From IMG/VR virus record IMGVR_UViG_2579778674_000010: a stretch of DNA of 40,652 nucleotides. The stretch is one strand, 5' to 3'. This document shows positions 8,983-18,015 of this stretch, piece after piece (the first letter of the stretch is position 1; each line of letters starts with the position of its first letter). The position numbers and the translations under genes were made by a program. This DNA is from a virus (taxonomy: Duplodnaviria; Heunggongvirae; Uroviricota; Caudoviricetes). The notes under the pieces are model-generated. The model ran no database searches. It was given only the letters and a program-made list of their open reading frames with translations, and was not told the DNA's origin.

Positions 8983-10122
8983 TTAACCAAGAATCAGACA
9001 ACCATGTGCCGGCTTCACTGATGAAACACCCCATGCCAGTCCAACTTCATAGCGCACCTGGCGATACTGACGATACAGTGCAATCTGGAACGTAATCCCT
9101 GAAATCGGGTCCGTAACATTCATTACATCATCAGCATTATCGCCACCTTCCGGCATTGCCGGAGTACGGGATGCCAGCAGAAACGCGTTGCGATCAAACG
9201 CCATATTTGCCGTAAAGGCCCCAACAACTGTGATGGCAGTATCATCGGCCAGATCCTGACGCAGTCCGGGCGCTGCAAGAGTAATCAGATTGCTGGTCGC
9301 TGCTGCCACAACATACTGATTCGGATCACCAGCGAACGTAACAATCTGACCTGCAGAAATACTCCCCGAACCAGTATCAATGGAAATAAGAACATCGCCT
9401 TCTTTTTTCTCTCCATTCACGAGATAACCAGTTGCAGCAACCTTTGGCGCTCGTTTCACACCTGCCGAACTGTGAATATTGAATCCCTCCAGACGCCCCA
9501 ACACGCCCTCACGCAGTAGCTGTTCAGTGCCGGATTCATTCACTTTAAACAATACAGACTGTTTTCCGCGCAAATTAGCAATGGCAGTGGAGCCAAGCAC
9601 CATCTGCAGATCGGTTGTCGGTGCGCCGTTATCCTCCAGAACCTGACGAGCCAGAGCAGCATCAGAAAGATCATCTTTAACACCAAACGGCGTTGTCCCT
9701 GCGGTTCCCACGGCGCGGGAAGCACCGAAATACAACGCACCAAGATCAGCCTCAACCTCGTTTGCAAGGGCGCGAAAAGCCTGCTTGAACTGATCAGCCA
9801 GAATGGTGTTGTAAGTCCCTGAAGGGCCAAGAGCCAGTTGTTCTTCACCATTCCATTTAACCGGTGCCATTTTGGATTTAGTAATTTTTACATCAACAGT
9901 GCCAATATTTTGATCACCGGTATTCGGAGCTGACGGCCCCGGTACGATATCTTCGGTTTTCGCCTCAGGCGCAACTGGCGCGGTTACCGTCTGATCTTTT
10001 GCTGCGGCGTCAGCTTTTGCGTTTTTTGCTACCGCAGGGATAAAACCTACCTGCTCACGGGATACAACATCCAGGGCGGTATAAATAGTCGGGATCAACC
10101 CGGTCAGGGTATTTCCAGCCAT
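8983..10122 (-). CDS. Major capsid protein
   Basis: 379-aa ORF taking the start at MAGNTLTGL (ATG 10122..10120), which has an AAGGA ribosome-binding site 7 nt upstream; the track start at 10215 lacks one. Follows the scaffold gene and is followed by a hairpin. Assigned by position and size. Confidence 0.7.
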   Translation of the reverse strand: MAGNTLTGLIPTIYTALDVVSREQVGFIPAVAKNAKADAAAKDQTVTAPVAPEAKTEDIVPGPSAPNTGDQNIGTVDVKITKSKMAPVKWNGEEQLALGPSGTYNTILADQFKQAFRALANEVEADLGALYFGASRAVGTAGTTPFGVKDDLSDAALARQVLEDNGAPTTDLQMVLGSTAIANLRGKQSVLFKVNESGTEQLLREGVLGRLEGFNIHSSAGVKRAPKVAATGYLVNGEKKEGDVLISIDTGSGSISAGQIVTFAGDPNQYVVAAATSNLITLAAPGLRQDLADDTAITVVGAFTANMAFDRNAFLLASRTPAMPEGGDNADDVMNVTDPISGITFQIALYRQYRQVRYEVGLAWGVSSVKPAHGCLILG

Positions 10123-10220
10123 AATTAAATATTCCTTAAAAATTTGCGTAATTGTGAATAGATGGAGTAATGAGCTATCCAGCCCTGACACCAGCTCCCA
10201 TCCGGAAGCTGACAAATGTG

Positions 10221-10985
10221 TTAATCAACGATTGTGATACCGTCTTTCAATGCGTTTTGCTTACCTGCAACATCCAGTGCATCAAAAGCAGAGCGTTTCA
10301 TCGTTTTCTGACCAATATCATGCTGTGTCGGACGGGAGCCGCCGCCATTGTTGCCACTGGCTTTCAGGATGTAGTCTTTCTGAGGGTAATTTTCGACAAG
10401 GAACTCCAGCGCCTCATCAAACTGCGCCAGTTCGCCAGGCTTCGCGCGGGAATAAATTTTGTTGCCGGAAGCGTCATAAGCAACGATCCTCCCTTCTTCC
10501 ACTTTGAATGCCTGCCCGAAGCGGGCTTGTAATAAATCTGCCGGGATCGCAATTTTATCGGCAATATATTTTGAACCCGCAAAACTACCGCCAATCATAG
10601 AATCGTAAAGCTGCTTCTCCAGCATCTGAGAGCGTTGCTTTTCTTCATCTAATTGCTGCTGAAAATTTTTCGTAATTTCTGCCTTAACCTGGTCAACCTG
10701 TCCCGCATCGAGCAGCTTTTTCTGGTCGATTTTTGACAGCATTTCCAGTGCCTCGATCGCCTTCTTCGGGTCTTCGATAGCGGCAAACTTAGCCAGTTTT
10801 TCCTCTGCAGCTTCTTTAGCCAGGCGATGATTTTTTGCCTCGCCATTAAGCTCTGTAATTTTTTTTGTCGCCAGCGGTGCATCGAAGCCAATTTCTTTAC
10901 CATCGTCGTGCACATAAACTGGCAGGCCAGCAGTATCAATTTCTGCGTATTGTTTTCCGTTAATCTCGACCGTTTTCAGTTTCAT
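10221..10985 (-). CDS. Scaffolding protein (probable)
   Basis: Start taken at MKLKTVEINGKQY. Charged coiled-coil-like middle (EEKLAKFAAIEDPKKAIEALEMLSKIDQKKL...). Position between the head morphogenesis and capsid genes. Confidence 0.5.
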   Translation of the reverse strand: MKLKTVEINGKQYAEIDTAGLPVYVHDDGKEIGFDAPLATKKITELNGEAKNHRLAKEAAEEKLAKFAAIEDPKKAIEALEMLSKIDQKKLLDAGQVDQVKAEITKNFQQQLDEEKQRSQMLEKQLYDSMIGGSFAGSKYIADKIAIPADLLQARFGQAFKVEEGRIVAYDASGNKIYSRAKPGELAQFDEALEFLVENYPQKDYILKASGNNGGGSRPTQHDIGQKTMKRSAFDALDVAGKQNALKDGITIVD

Positions 10986-11042
10986 ATTAGTACCTGGTTT
11001 AAGTCTTCCGACAGTTACGCTGCTCACCATCCGGATCGCAGC

Positions 11043-11070
11043 AATAAAAAAGGCCACCCGAAGGTAGCCT
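11043..11070 (-). terminator. Intrinsic-terminator-like hairpin between head morphogenesis and scaffold genes
   Basis: Minus-strand RNA AGGCUACC-UUCG-GGUGGCCU (8-bp stem, UUCG tetraloop) followed by UUUUUAUU. Confidence 0.55.
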
Positions 11071-11089
11071 GTTGTAATAAATGATTTAT

Positions 11090-12205
11090 TTAAATCCCTG
11101 CTTTTCTGAATACCTGTGCATCACGCTCACGGAGCTGCTTCAGCGTCAGCCATTCGCCTTTATCGGTGTAAAATTCATCTGGCGACATACCACCATCCCG
11201 AATCAGCTTTGCTCGGGTTTCCCCCACAATCTGTTTTTGTCTGGTGTAAGGCTGACGCAAAAACCATTCCCTGTAGGTTGTATCTCCGGCCACCACGCCA
11301 TCCATGCTGGCCCGCTCAGCCGGGGAAATATCGCGAACATCAATACCCAGTTCCTTCGCTGATTTCAGAATGAACGTTTCCGTTGAGCGGCAGCAGAAAT
11401 GAATTTTTCCCGGCCCCTGCAAATAAGGCACGCTGTGACCTACAGGTTTATTATTCAGCGTATATTTGAGGCGATCCCTGATTCGACATTGTGGCGTAGT
11501 ACGATTATCAAGCGTTGATAACCATTGCTTACCCTTAATCAAATCATTATTCGCGCTGGCAAAACTCTCACGGGCAGTAGCAGCAAGATGTCCAACCGCT
11601 GTTTTTGCAATGCTGGCCGCATTAGCCCGGCTCATCTGCAATGCACCATCCTGAAATCCCTTACTGACATGTCCCCGAATTTTTCTTGCGATCTGCTCAT
11701 TGGTATCCCCCAGCAAAAAACCCTGACGCACTGTATTTGTTATGCGTCTGAGCCGATCCGCCTCAAGATCTGAGGCCCACTCACTGAGCAGTCGTCCCTG
11801 GAATGGTCGCGCCATTGCAGCGGCATAAAGTGCATCAGGAGAGATACCAACCAGAGGGTGAACATCAGCAACAAAATCAGGTAGCATAGAATCAAACAGA
11901 CTTAACTGATAACCAGCCTCATAAATTGCCAGCTCGTTCAGCTCTCCGGAGAGACTGGTAAACATGCTGTTAATAGCAGTGCGGTTAACCTTTCTGACGC
12001 TCGCCAGAAGTGACTCCAGGCGCTTAACGGTAAAATTACCTGGATCGAGGCTGTCCAGTGCTATCAGCAGGCGAGCAGTAAGTTCCGCATCGCTGTCATT
12101 CAGTATTTTCACCATTCTGGCAGCCACGCCAGTGCTATAGCGGGATATCCAGACTGCATGAGCAATTGATTCATCACGCAGCCGTTCATTCACGGTTTGC
12201 ATCAT
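11090..12205 (-). CDS. Head morphogenesis protein (SPP1 gp7 / Mu F-like)
   Basis: 371-aa ORF immediately downstream of the portal gene and overlapping it, the usual position of F-like minor head proteins; contains a TPQCRIRDRL-type segment. Confidence 0.75.
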   Translation of the reverse strand: MMQTVNERLRDESIAHAVWISRYSTGVAARMVKILNDSDAELTARLLIALDSLDPGNFTVKRLESLLASVRKVNRTAINSMFTSLSGELNELAIYEAGYQLSLFDSMLPDFVADVHPLVGISPDALYAAAMARPFQGRLLSEWASDLEADRLRRITNTVRQGFLLGDTNEQIARKIRGHVSKGFQDGALQMSRANAASIAKTAVGHLAATARESFASANNDLIKGKQWLSTLDNRTTPQCRIRDRLKYTLNNKPVGHSVPYLQGPGKIHFCCRSTETFILKSAKELGIDVRDISPAERASMDGVVAGDTTYREWFLRQPYTRQKQIVGETRAKLIRDGGMSPDEFYTDKGEWLTLKQLRERDAQVFRKAGI

Positions 12206-13592
12206 TGATTTCCATCAGCATTACACTCTGATTTTTTAATTCATCGATCACTTCCTCTGGACGGGAATCCTGATCGATAAATTTCAACGCCTGCAACACC
12301 CGAACCGCATCAATCTGACGTATATCACCGCCCTGACGCAATGACTGAACAGCCAGCGCGGAGGATGAGTCAAACACCTGGGCAGATACATCCAGTTCAG
12401 TGCGCACATCCACATTGCCACCGCAACTCTCTCCGATCCATTCCGCCATTATCTGGAGAATATTATCGAGGGCATCTTCGAGGGAGTTCGCCATTGTATA
12501 AAGCGGCGAGTTTTCCTGCATTCGCTCTTCATTAGTCTGATCAACAGATTTGGTGGATGTATTTTCAGCACGCAGAAGTTTAGCGCCGGCATGACGCATC
12601 TGATTTTCCAGCTTCTCAAGTGATGTTTCGCCAGATTCTATCGCTGCGCCACTATGTTCAACATATTCGAGGCCATTTTTTGTTCTGTCCTCAAAAATCG
12701 TAGCGGTGGATGCACCAACCGTCAGTTCTTCATTCCTGTCCAGCCCGTAGGCCACCAGCAATGGAACGCGGGTAACATGAAGAATATTGTCCTGCTCGCT
12801 CTGGCTTTGCCAGTGCTTGATATTCAGCAAGCCAAGATTAAGCAATGGCGGTGTACCACGCATAAATCCTGTTTTCTTCGTGTACAGTGTTACCAGAGGA
12901 ATATCATCACGGCTGGTATTCCATGACTCATGAAGCGTCCAGACAGATTCGCCATTAGTGCCTTCGCTACGTCGATAAATTTCAACTCGACGGGGCATAA
13001 TATGGCGGATCTGCTCCACCTTCTTCTGCCCGAAATCATCACCATCAATAATGATGACCTCTTTTATACGCAAATCAGTGAGAACAACTTTCCCTTTTTC
13101 AACTTTCGATTTCCATCCAATAACCTGGCGTGGATTCAGCATCGTAACGTACGGACGACCACCGGTCGCGTTTTCATCGGCTTTTGTACGAATCTCTTTC
13201 ATATCCGTTCGTGGATAGTCCACCAGCGCATGTGCCACACCATACTGAAATGCGAGGCTGAAAAATTGCTGCGCCCACACATCCAGTCGGCTCCCCTCCA
13301 TGTCGATATTTTCTGCATATTCCCTGATTTTTGCCGGCGTTTCCTCACTCAATACTGTCGGCTCTGCAAATATGCGCCCAATATTTTGCTTGATGCTTTC
13401 TTCATACACAGGAAGTAGCGTAGCCACAGACAGGCGTTTTTTATAAGCGTCTTCATCTTCGTTAGGCCATTTTGGGAGATAATTTTCCCCCTGCCTGCGC
13501 ATTTCAAGCGTACCGCCCATCAGTGCGTCGTTAATATCCCACGCCTCCAGCATATCGTTATAGTCGAGGTTGGGTGTTGATATATCAGCCAT
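12186..13592 (-). CDS. Portal protein
   Basis: 468-aa ORF immediately downstream of the terminase large subunit; size and position typical of portal proteins. Confidence 0.8.
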   Translation of the reverse strand: MADISTPNLDYNDMLEAWDINDALMGGTLEMRRQGENYLPKWPNEDEDAYKKRLSVATLLPVYEESIKQNIGRIFAEPTVLSEETPAKIREYAENIDMEGSRLDVWAQQFFSLAFQYGVAHALVDYPRTDMKEIRTKADENATGGRPYVTMLNPRQVIGWKSKVEKGKVVLTDLRIKEVIIIDGDDFGQKKVEQIRHIMPRRVEIYRRSEGTNGESVWTLHESWNTSRDDIPLVTLYTKKTGFMRGTPPLLNLGLLNIKHWQSQSEQDNILHVTRVPLLVAYGLDRNEELTVGASTATIFEDRTKNGLEYVEHSGAAIESGETSLEKLENQMRHAGAKLLRAENTSTKSVDQTNEERMQENSPLYTMANSLEDALDNILQIMAEWIGESCGGNVDVRTELDVSAQVFDSSSALAVQSLRQGGDIRQIDAVRVLQALKFIDQDSRPEEVIDELKNQSVMLMEINDANRE

Positions 13593-13594
13593 AA

Positions 13595-14905
13595 TTAAAT
13601 CCGAAGTGATGTGACTCTTCCGGTCGGTTTGACAATAGGGAATTGCTTAACGATGAAATAACCTCCGGCATCATTCGGGTGATCATTGCCAGATTTTTTA
13701 TCAGGCTCCCCCTTCTCATCCCAGACCTGTTGCTCCAGAGATTCGGCATATAACGGGCAACGCTTCACATTAACTTTATAGCGACGCTCACCATTGGCAT
13801 TGCAGAACATTGCATTCATTGAGTTAACGCGATCTTTTACTGGCGGGTTCGAGCTGTTCACCACAACGTTAAAACCAGCCTGCTTAAGCTGGGCTATATC
13901 CGTCGTACTTGCGTTACTTGATTTTCTGGAATCCCCGGAAGCATCTGGATAAATATAAATTTCCCTCACTTTCCGGTAATCATTCCCATCATACAGCCAG
14001 AAGCGTTCTTTAATGATGCGGATCATATCCGGCGTATCGTAGGCATTGATGATTTCAGTTACCGCACATGGAAGCCCCAAACGCAGCACATGGACGATTC
14101 CCGCCATCTTTCCAACGTTAAAATCCATCCCAATATAAATCGGCTCCCCTGGCTGCTCCACTTCTTCGCAATTATTCAGTTTCCGGTCAAACTGATGGTA
14201 AACAGTACCACTTGTCAGGTTAGTAAACTGTCCTCGAAGATAGGCTTTAATCAGCTCTGGAGGGTATGATTCAAGAAGCGAAGGAATGTAATCTGCTGGC
14301 AGGTTCTTTTCATTATCGAAAGTAGATGCCTGCACCAGACCATACAGTGAGGCCAGCTCTGTTTTTTCACGCACGGCTTTAACAAACTGCTCGTAGACAA
14401 ATTTGAATCCTTCCGGCGTGGTTGTAACGTCAATACCGTTGCGAAGTCCATCAATCTTATAACGCATACGTGCAATTATCTTGCGCCACGCCGTTCTGGC
14501 TTTTTCCTTCGGCAAAATGTCCAGTTCATCCACCAACGCATTACCAATTTTGAAACCGACGATCGTTTGTGGCTTCTCCATCGATCTGCAGATAGTGGTT
14601 CCCCGATACTGGCGTCCGTAATAAAAGTGAACCTCTTTATTTCCCTCATTAATTTTTACGTTCAATCCCCAGTCAGCAGCAACTTCTTCCACTGTAGGGT
14701 AAAAAATATCGCGAATTTGGGGATACGTTGGCGCAAAATATCCCTGATTTATACCTGGATGCTCCCAAATCCCCTTGCATATGCCGCCACACCCAACCCA
14801 TGTTTTGCCCGAGCCAAAACCAGCAATATAGGCTTTAAATTTATGGGGCATTGAAAGAAATCGCGCCTGAGGCACATTAAGCGTCGGAGAGATCATCTTC
14901 ATCAC
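13595..14905 (-). CDS. Terminase large subunit
   Basis: 436-aa ORF with a Walker A-like motif near the N-terminus (AGFGSGKT) and acidic nuclease-type C-terminal half. Overlaps the upstream small-subunit gene. Confidence 0.85.
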   Translation of the reverse strand: MMKMISPTLNVPQARFLSMPHKFKAYIAGFGSGKTWVGCGGICKGIWEHPGINQGYFAPTYPQIRDIFYPTVEEVAADWGLNVKINEGNKEVHFYYGRQYRGTTICRSMEKPQTIVGFKIGNALVDELDILPKEKARTAWRKIIARMRYKIDGLRNGIDVTTTPEGFKFVYEQFVKAVREKTELASLYGLVQASTFDNEKNLPADYIPSLLESYPPELIKAYLRGQFTNLTSGTVYHQFDRKLNNCEEVEQPGEPIYIGMDFNVGKMAGIVHVLRLGLPCAVTEIINAYDTPDMIRIIKERFWLYDGNDYRKVREIYIYPDASGDSRKSSNASTTDIAQLKQAGFNVVVNSSNPPVKDRVNSMNAMFCNANGERRYKVNVKRCPLYAESLEQQVWDEKGEPDKKSGNDHPNDAGGYFIVKQFPIVKPTGRVTSLRI

Positions 14906-15971
14906 TCCTTACTCTGGCATCAACCACATTAATATTGATCGCCACAGGCTGGGGATGTTCATTATCTTCCACCGTTTCGATCTCTTTGCGCAGCTTCTGG
15001 TTTTCCATTCTGCGCCGTTCAATTTCCAGTTCCTGTAGCCGTTTATCTGCACATAAAGCCCCGCCAGCAGAAAACAAACGCAACAATTCACGCCGGGCGG
15101 CAGCCTTATCCTCCAGCAGGATCTCAACGCCGAATTTTCCGAATTTTGCCCCTGCATATAATTGCCGCGCATCCCCATCAAGCAGAGTGGTATCAGCCAT
15201 ATAAAGCTGTCCCGTTCCCTCACCGCAGCACTTCGGGCAGTCCGGATTGGGTATGGCGTTATCAACAAAGCCGAGGCCTCCATATTCCGGTTCGGGTTTG
15301 CCATCTCTGGAAGCCTGCGCCGCTGCCTTGTCGAATTCTGCTATATCGCGCCACTGGTAGAGATGATTCTCGCCCCAGCAATAACGGCAGTTAACACGGC
15401 GAAATTGTGCAAGCTGATTGGGGTCGGCCAGGACAATAGCCATCAACTGACTCACTAGTAAATCCAGGTCTGCGGTATAGCGTTTCTGGTACTGATTGCG
15501 GAAGTAGCTGATAGCGCGAAAAACCCTGGCATTTCTAAGCATACGACTGGCGTTGCTGTTAGCTGTCGCACCTTGCCCCTCATAACCGGCTAGTCGGTAC
15601 GCCTCTGTCGGCTTTTTACCCTGAGCAACAAGCATCGCAAACTTAGCCTGCTGGTCAGAAATGCCGAATTCATCGGGACAGAACGAAAATTCCTCCGCGT
15701 CGCCCTCATTCAGGCCCGCATCGAATACTGGCTTTTTTTCCTGAGATTTTTCGTTCCGCTTTTGTGCAGTCTGCGCAGATTTTTTCTGCGCACTTTTTTG
15801 CGCAGTTTTGCACATTTCTGTCTGCGCATTTTTCGGAGTTTTTTTGATGTAACGACGGGCTGTTGCGTAATTCAGTCCCCTTGCTTCACACCATGCCACC
15901 GGAGATATACCGGAGCGGGTGTATTCAGCAATATACTCCTGCTGCAACGCCCCCCAGTCCGGTCTGCTCAT
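14877..15971 (-). CDS. Terminase small subunit (probable)
   Basis: 364-aa ORF with an N-terminal HTH-like segment, a lysine/glutamine-rich low-complexity linker (KTAQKSAQKKSAQTAQKR), and a 3-prime end overlapping the terminase large subunit start. Confidence 0.6.
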   Translation of the reverse strand: MSRPDWGALQQEYIAEYTRSGISPVAWCEARGLNYATARRYIKKTPKNAQTEMCKTAQKSAQKKSAQTAQKRNEKSQEKKPVFDAGLNEGDAEEFSFCPDEFGISDQQAKFAMLVAQGKKPTEAYRLAGYEGQGATANSNASRMLRNARVFRAISYFRNQYQKRYTADLDLLVSQLMAIVLADPNQLAQFRRVNCRYCWGENHLYQWRDIAEFDKAAAQASRDGKPEPEYGGLGFVDNAIPNPDCPKCCGEGTGQLYMADTTLLDGDARQLYAGAKFGKFGVEILLEDKAAARRELLRLFSAGGALCADKRLQELEIERRRMENQKLRKEIETVEDNEHPQPVAININVVDARVRSDEDDLSDA

Positions 15972-15974
15972 CAG

Positions 15975-16226
15975 TTAGTCCTGATTTTTATCCACCCTGA
16001 GTAGTTCGCGCAGAGCAAAGGCATCCCCTTTTCTGGCAAGCTTAAACAATGCCGCTCGTAACTCGGCTTCACCTTTCGCTCTGCCCTTACGGATGGCCGC
16101 ATAAAAATCTGTCATTGCTTCCCGATTTTCTTTCAGTCGGTTCAGATCAACATCCAGAACGTCAGCGATTTGTTGTGCAGTCATCCGGCACGCTGCCAGA
16201 GACTCGACTTTCGAATACGGAATCAT
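15975..16226 (-). CDS. Small hypothetical protein, possibly HTH-containing
   Basis: 83-aa ORF directly upstream of the terminase small subunit. Start uncertain; it overlaps the end of the preceding ORF. Confidence 0.35.
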   Translation of the reverse strand: MIPYSKVESLAACRMTAQQIADVLDVDLNRLKENREAMTDFYAAIRKGRAKGEAELRAALFKLARKGDAFALRELLRVDKNQD

Positions 16227-17094
16227 TTGTCACCCCCATTGATATGCAGGGTGTCTTCTTCCTGTATTTTTCGTGAAGGATTTTTACTGCAGCGTTGTTC
16301 CAGGTGACCTGATGGTGAATGCGTTTATGGCTGGCACCCATCAGTGAGATTTTTACGCACGACGGCGCATACATGACGGAGTAAAAACTTTTAACGTAGG
16401 TTCCGGAATCCAGATACAGCTCGGTCATTCCGCCGCTGTTTTTCTGCGTCTGTTTCTGCCCTAACTGGACAGCACCGATCGTCATAAACAATTCACCACA
16501 GCGACCGAGATTCGTGTACGTATTCACATCCTCGTTAATGCGCCCCATGAATGAGAACGGTCGATCAACCGAACAGATAAAGCTGTTCATTGCCTTGCGT
16601 TTCACCCACGAAGCATGGCCGCCATTGTCACCAAGAAAATCCCCGCCCTGCGACATAGCGATGGAAAGAGCAGGTATTGATTCGTAGTACGCCAGCATTT
16701 CAGAAAGGATCGCATCCAGTTTCCTTATCGGAAAATAGGCCTGGTCATAGTTGCGATCCACCCGAAACTGGAACTCGTGATAATCATCATCGAGCTGAAT
16801 GAAGTATTTACACCCGACCAGTTTTGCCAGGTCGAAACAGGCATTACGGGCGTAAAAAATTGAGCGGCGGTCACAGAAATTATCGGCTTCGTCAAAACGA
16901 CTGGCGATATCGGCTTTGGAAAACACCAGCACCTGTTCACCAAATTCAGCCATGTACTGATTCCGTGTCTTATCTTCATCATCAACAACGATAAAAATTT
17001 TCCCGGTATAGCCAGCACGACGCAACGTCCGGTAAGTCAGAACTTTGTCCGGTCGCCCGTGAGTCAGAATAAAGGCGCAAAAATCATCACGCAT
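16162..17094 (-). CDS. Hypothetical phage protein, possibly nucleotide-sugar-transferase-like
   Basis: Start taken at MRDDFCAF (ATG 17094), giving an 8-nt overlap with the ParB-like gene. Contains FIVVDDEDK and IQLDDDYHEF acidic motifs reminiscent of DxD glycosyltransferases. Function not established. Confidence 0.45.
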   Translation of the reverse strand: MRDDFCAFILTHGRPDKVLTYRTLRRAGYTGKIFIVVDDEDKTRNQYMAEFGEQVLVFSKADIASRFDEADNFCDRRSIFYARNACFDLAKLVGCKYFIQLDDDYHEFQFRVDRNYDQAYFPIRKLDAILSEMLAYYESIPALSIAMSQGGDFLGDNGGHASWVKRKAMNSFICSVDRPFSFMGRINEDVNTYTNLGRCGELFMTIGAVQLGQKQTQKNSGGMTELYLDSGTYVKSFYSVMYAPSCVKISLMGASHKRIHHQVTWNNAAVKILHEKYRKKTPCISMGVTNDSVFESRVSGSVPDDCTTNR

Positions 17095-17878
17095 ATTCCT
17101 CCTCCTCACCACCATGCATGATCTCCACCATGCGCTGCGTCATCCGGACAAATCCATTTTCAATAGCCTGCTGATAATCAATGATCACCAGCGCCGACTC
17201 CTCGAAAAAACACTGAATTTCAGAGGGGGCGTGAGCGTAATAGTCCGCAATTCTGCTGAAATTAAACACCGTGTGACGTTCTGCCGCACACAGGAGGAAT
17301 TCCTCAATATCAGGCTCAAGGGACGCCGAACGTATCCGGCTGATCAGCTCCTGAGTTTTCGTATCGTCGTACAGTTCACTGATATCCGGTTTACCGCCCG
17401 ACGGCTCATAAACAGGCGTATCAATTTTCGTCGTATACGGCTCCTCCTCATTTCCTGTACCGGGCAAAACATCCGTCAACAGTTCATCAATTTCTGTCGG
17501 GATGAAGCCTGTCAGGGAGACATCAAAATCAGCATTGATTAGGTCCGACAGCTCCATCCGCAACAGATCTTCATCCCAGCCAGCATTCATCGGCAGGCGA
17601 TTATCTGCCAGGCGGTACGCCTTTTTCTGCTCATCCGTCAGGCCAGACAGAACAATGACCGGAACAGAATCCATTTTGAGCATTTCAGCCGCCATAACAC
17701 GACCGTGACCCGCAATAATTTCGCCCTTTTCGTCAATCAGCACCGGATTAGTCCAGCCGAATTGCTTAATACTTTCTACCAGTTGTGCCACCTGCTCAGG
17801 GCTGTGCGTCCTGGCGTTGTGCGCATACGGTGACAATTCTTGTAATGGGCGATAGACTATCTTTAATTTCTCGCTCAT
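17087..17878 (-). CDS. ParB-like nuclease domain protein
   Basis: 263-aa ORF with the ParB N-terminal domain signature (...NPVLIDEKGEIIAGHGRVMAA...). Lies upstream of the packaging genes. Probably the counterpart of the K-12 Rac gene ynaK. Confidence 0.75.
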   Translation of the reverse strand: MSEKLKIVYRPLQELSPYAHNARTHSPEQVAQLVESIKQFGWTNPVLIDEKGEIIAGHGRVMAAEMLKMDSVPVIVLSGLTDEQKKAYRLADNRLPMNAGWDEDLLRMELSDLINADFDVSLTGFIPTEIDELLTDVLPGTGNEEEPYTTKIDTPVYEPSGGKPDISELYDDTKTQELISRIRSASLEPDIEEFLLCAAERHTVFNFSRIADYYAHAPSEIQCFFEESALVIIDYQQAIENGFVRMTQRMVEIMHGGEEEEYA

Positions 17879-17892
17879 ACAGCCTTGCTTTA

Positions 17893-17929
17893 TGAATAAA
17901 ACGCACCCCAGCAGCCAGTGCTACTGGGG
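17893..17929 (-). terminator. Hairpin plus U-rich tract downstream of trkG
   Basis: Plus ccccag-(12 nt)-ctgggg at 17906..17929; minus-strand RNA has the hairpin followed by UGCGUUUUAUU. The loop is long, so strength is uncertain. Confidence 0.35.
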
Positions 17930-18015
17930 ACGGAGGGGTTGCTGGTAAAGTTAGGTATTGGATCAATGAGTGAGTCAACATAATATTAAACTCACAATTA
18001 TAAATCAGCCATATA

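Noticed and set aside
9540-9851. 103-aa minus-strand ORF inside the capsid gene
   Set aside because: Alternative frame within the major capsid ORF; no independent start signals.
12341-13418. Plus-strand ORFs (64 to 162 aa) opposite the portal gene
   Set aside because: Antisense to a long, well-supported portal ORF; typical frame artefacts.
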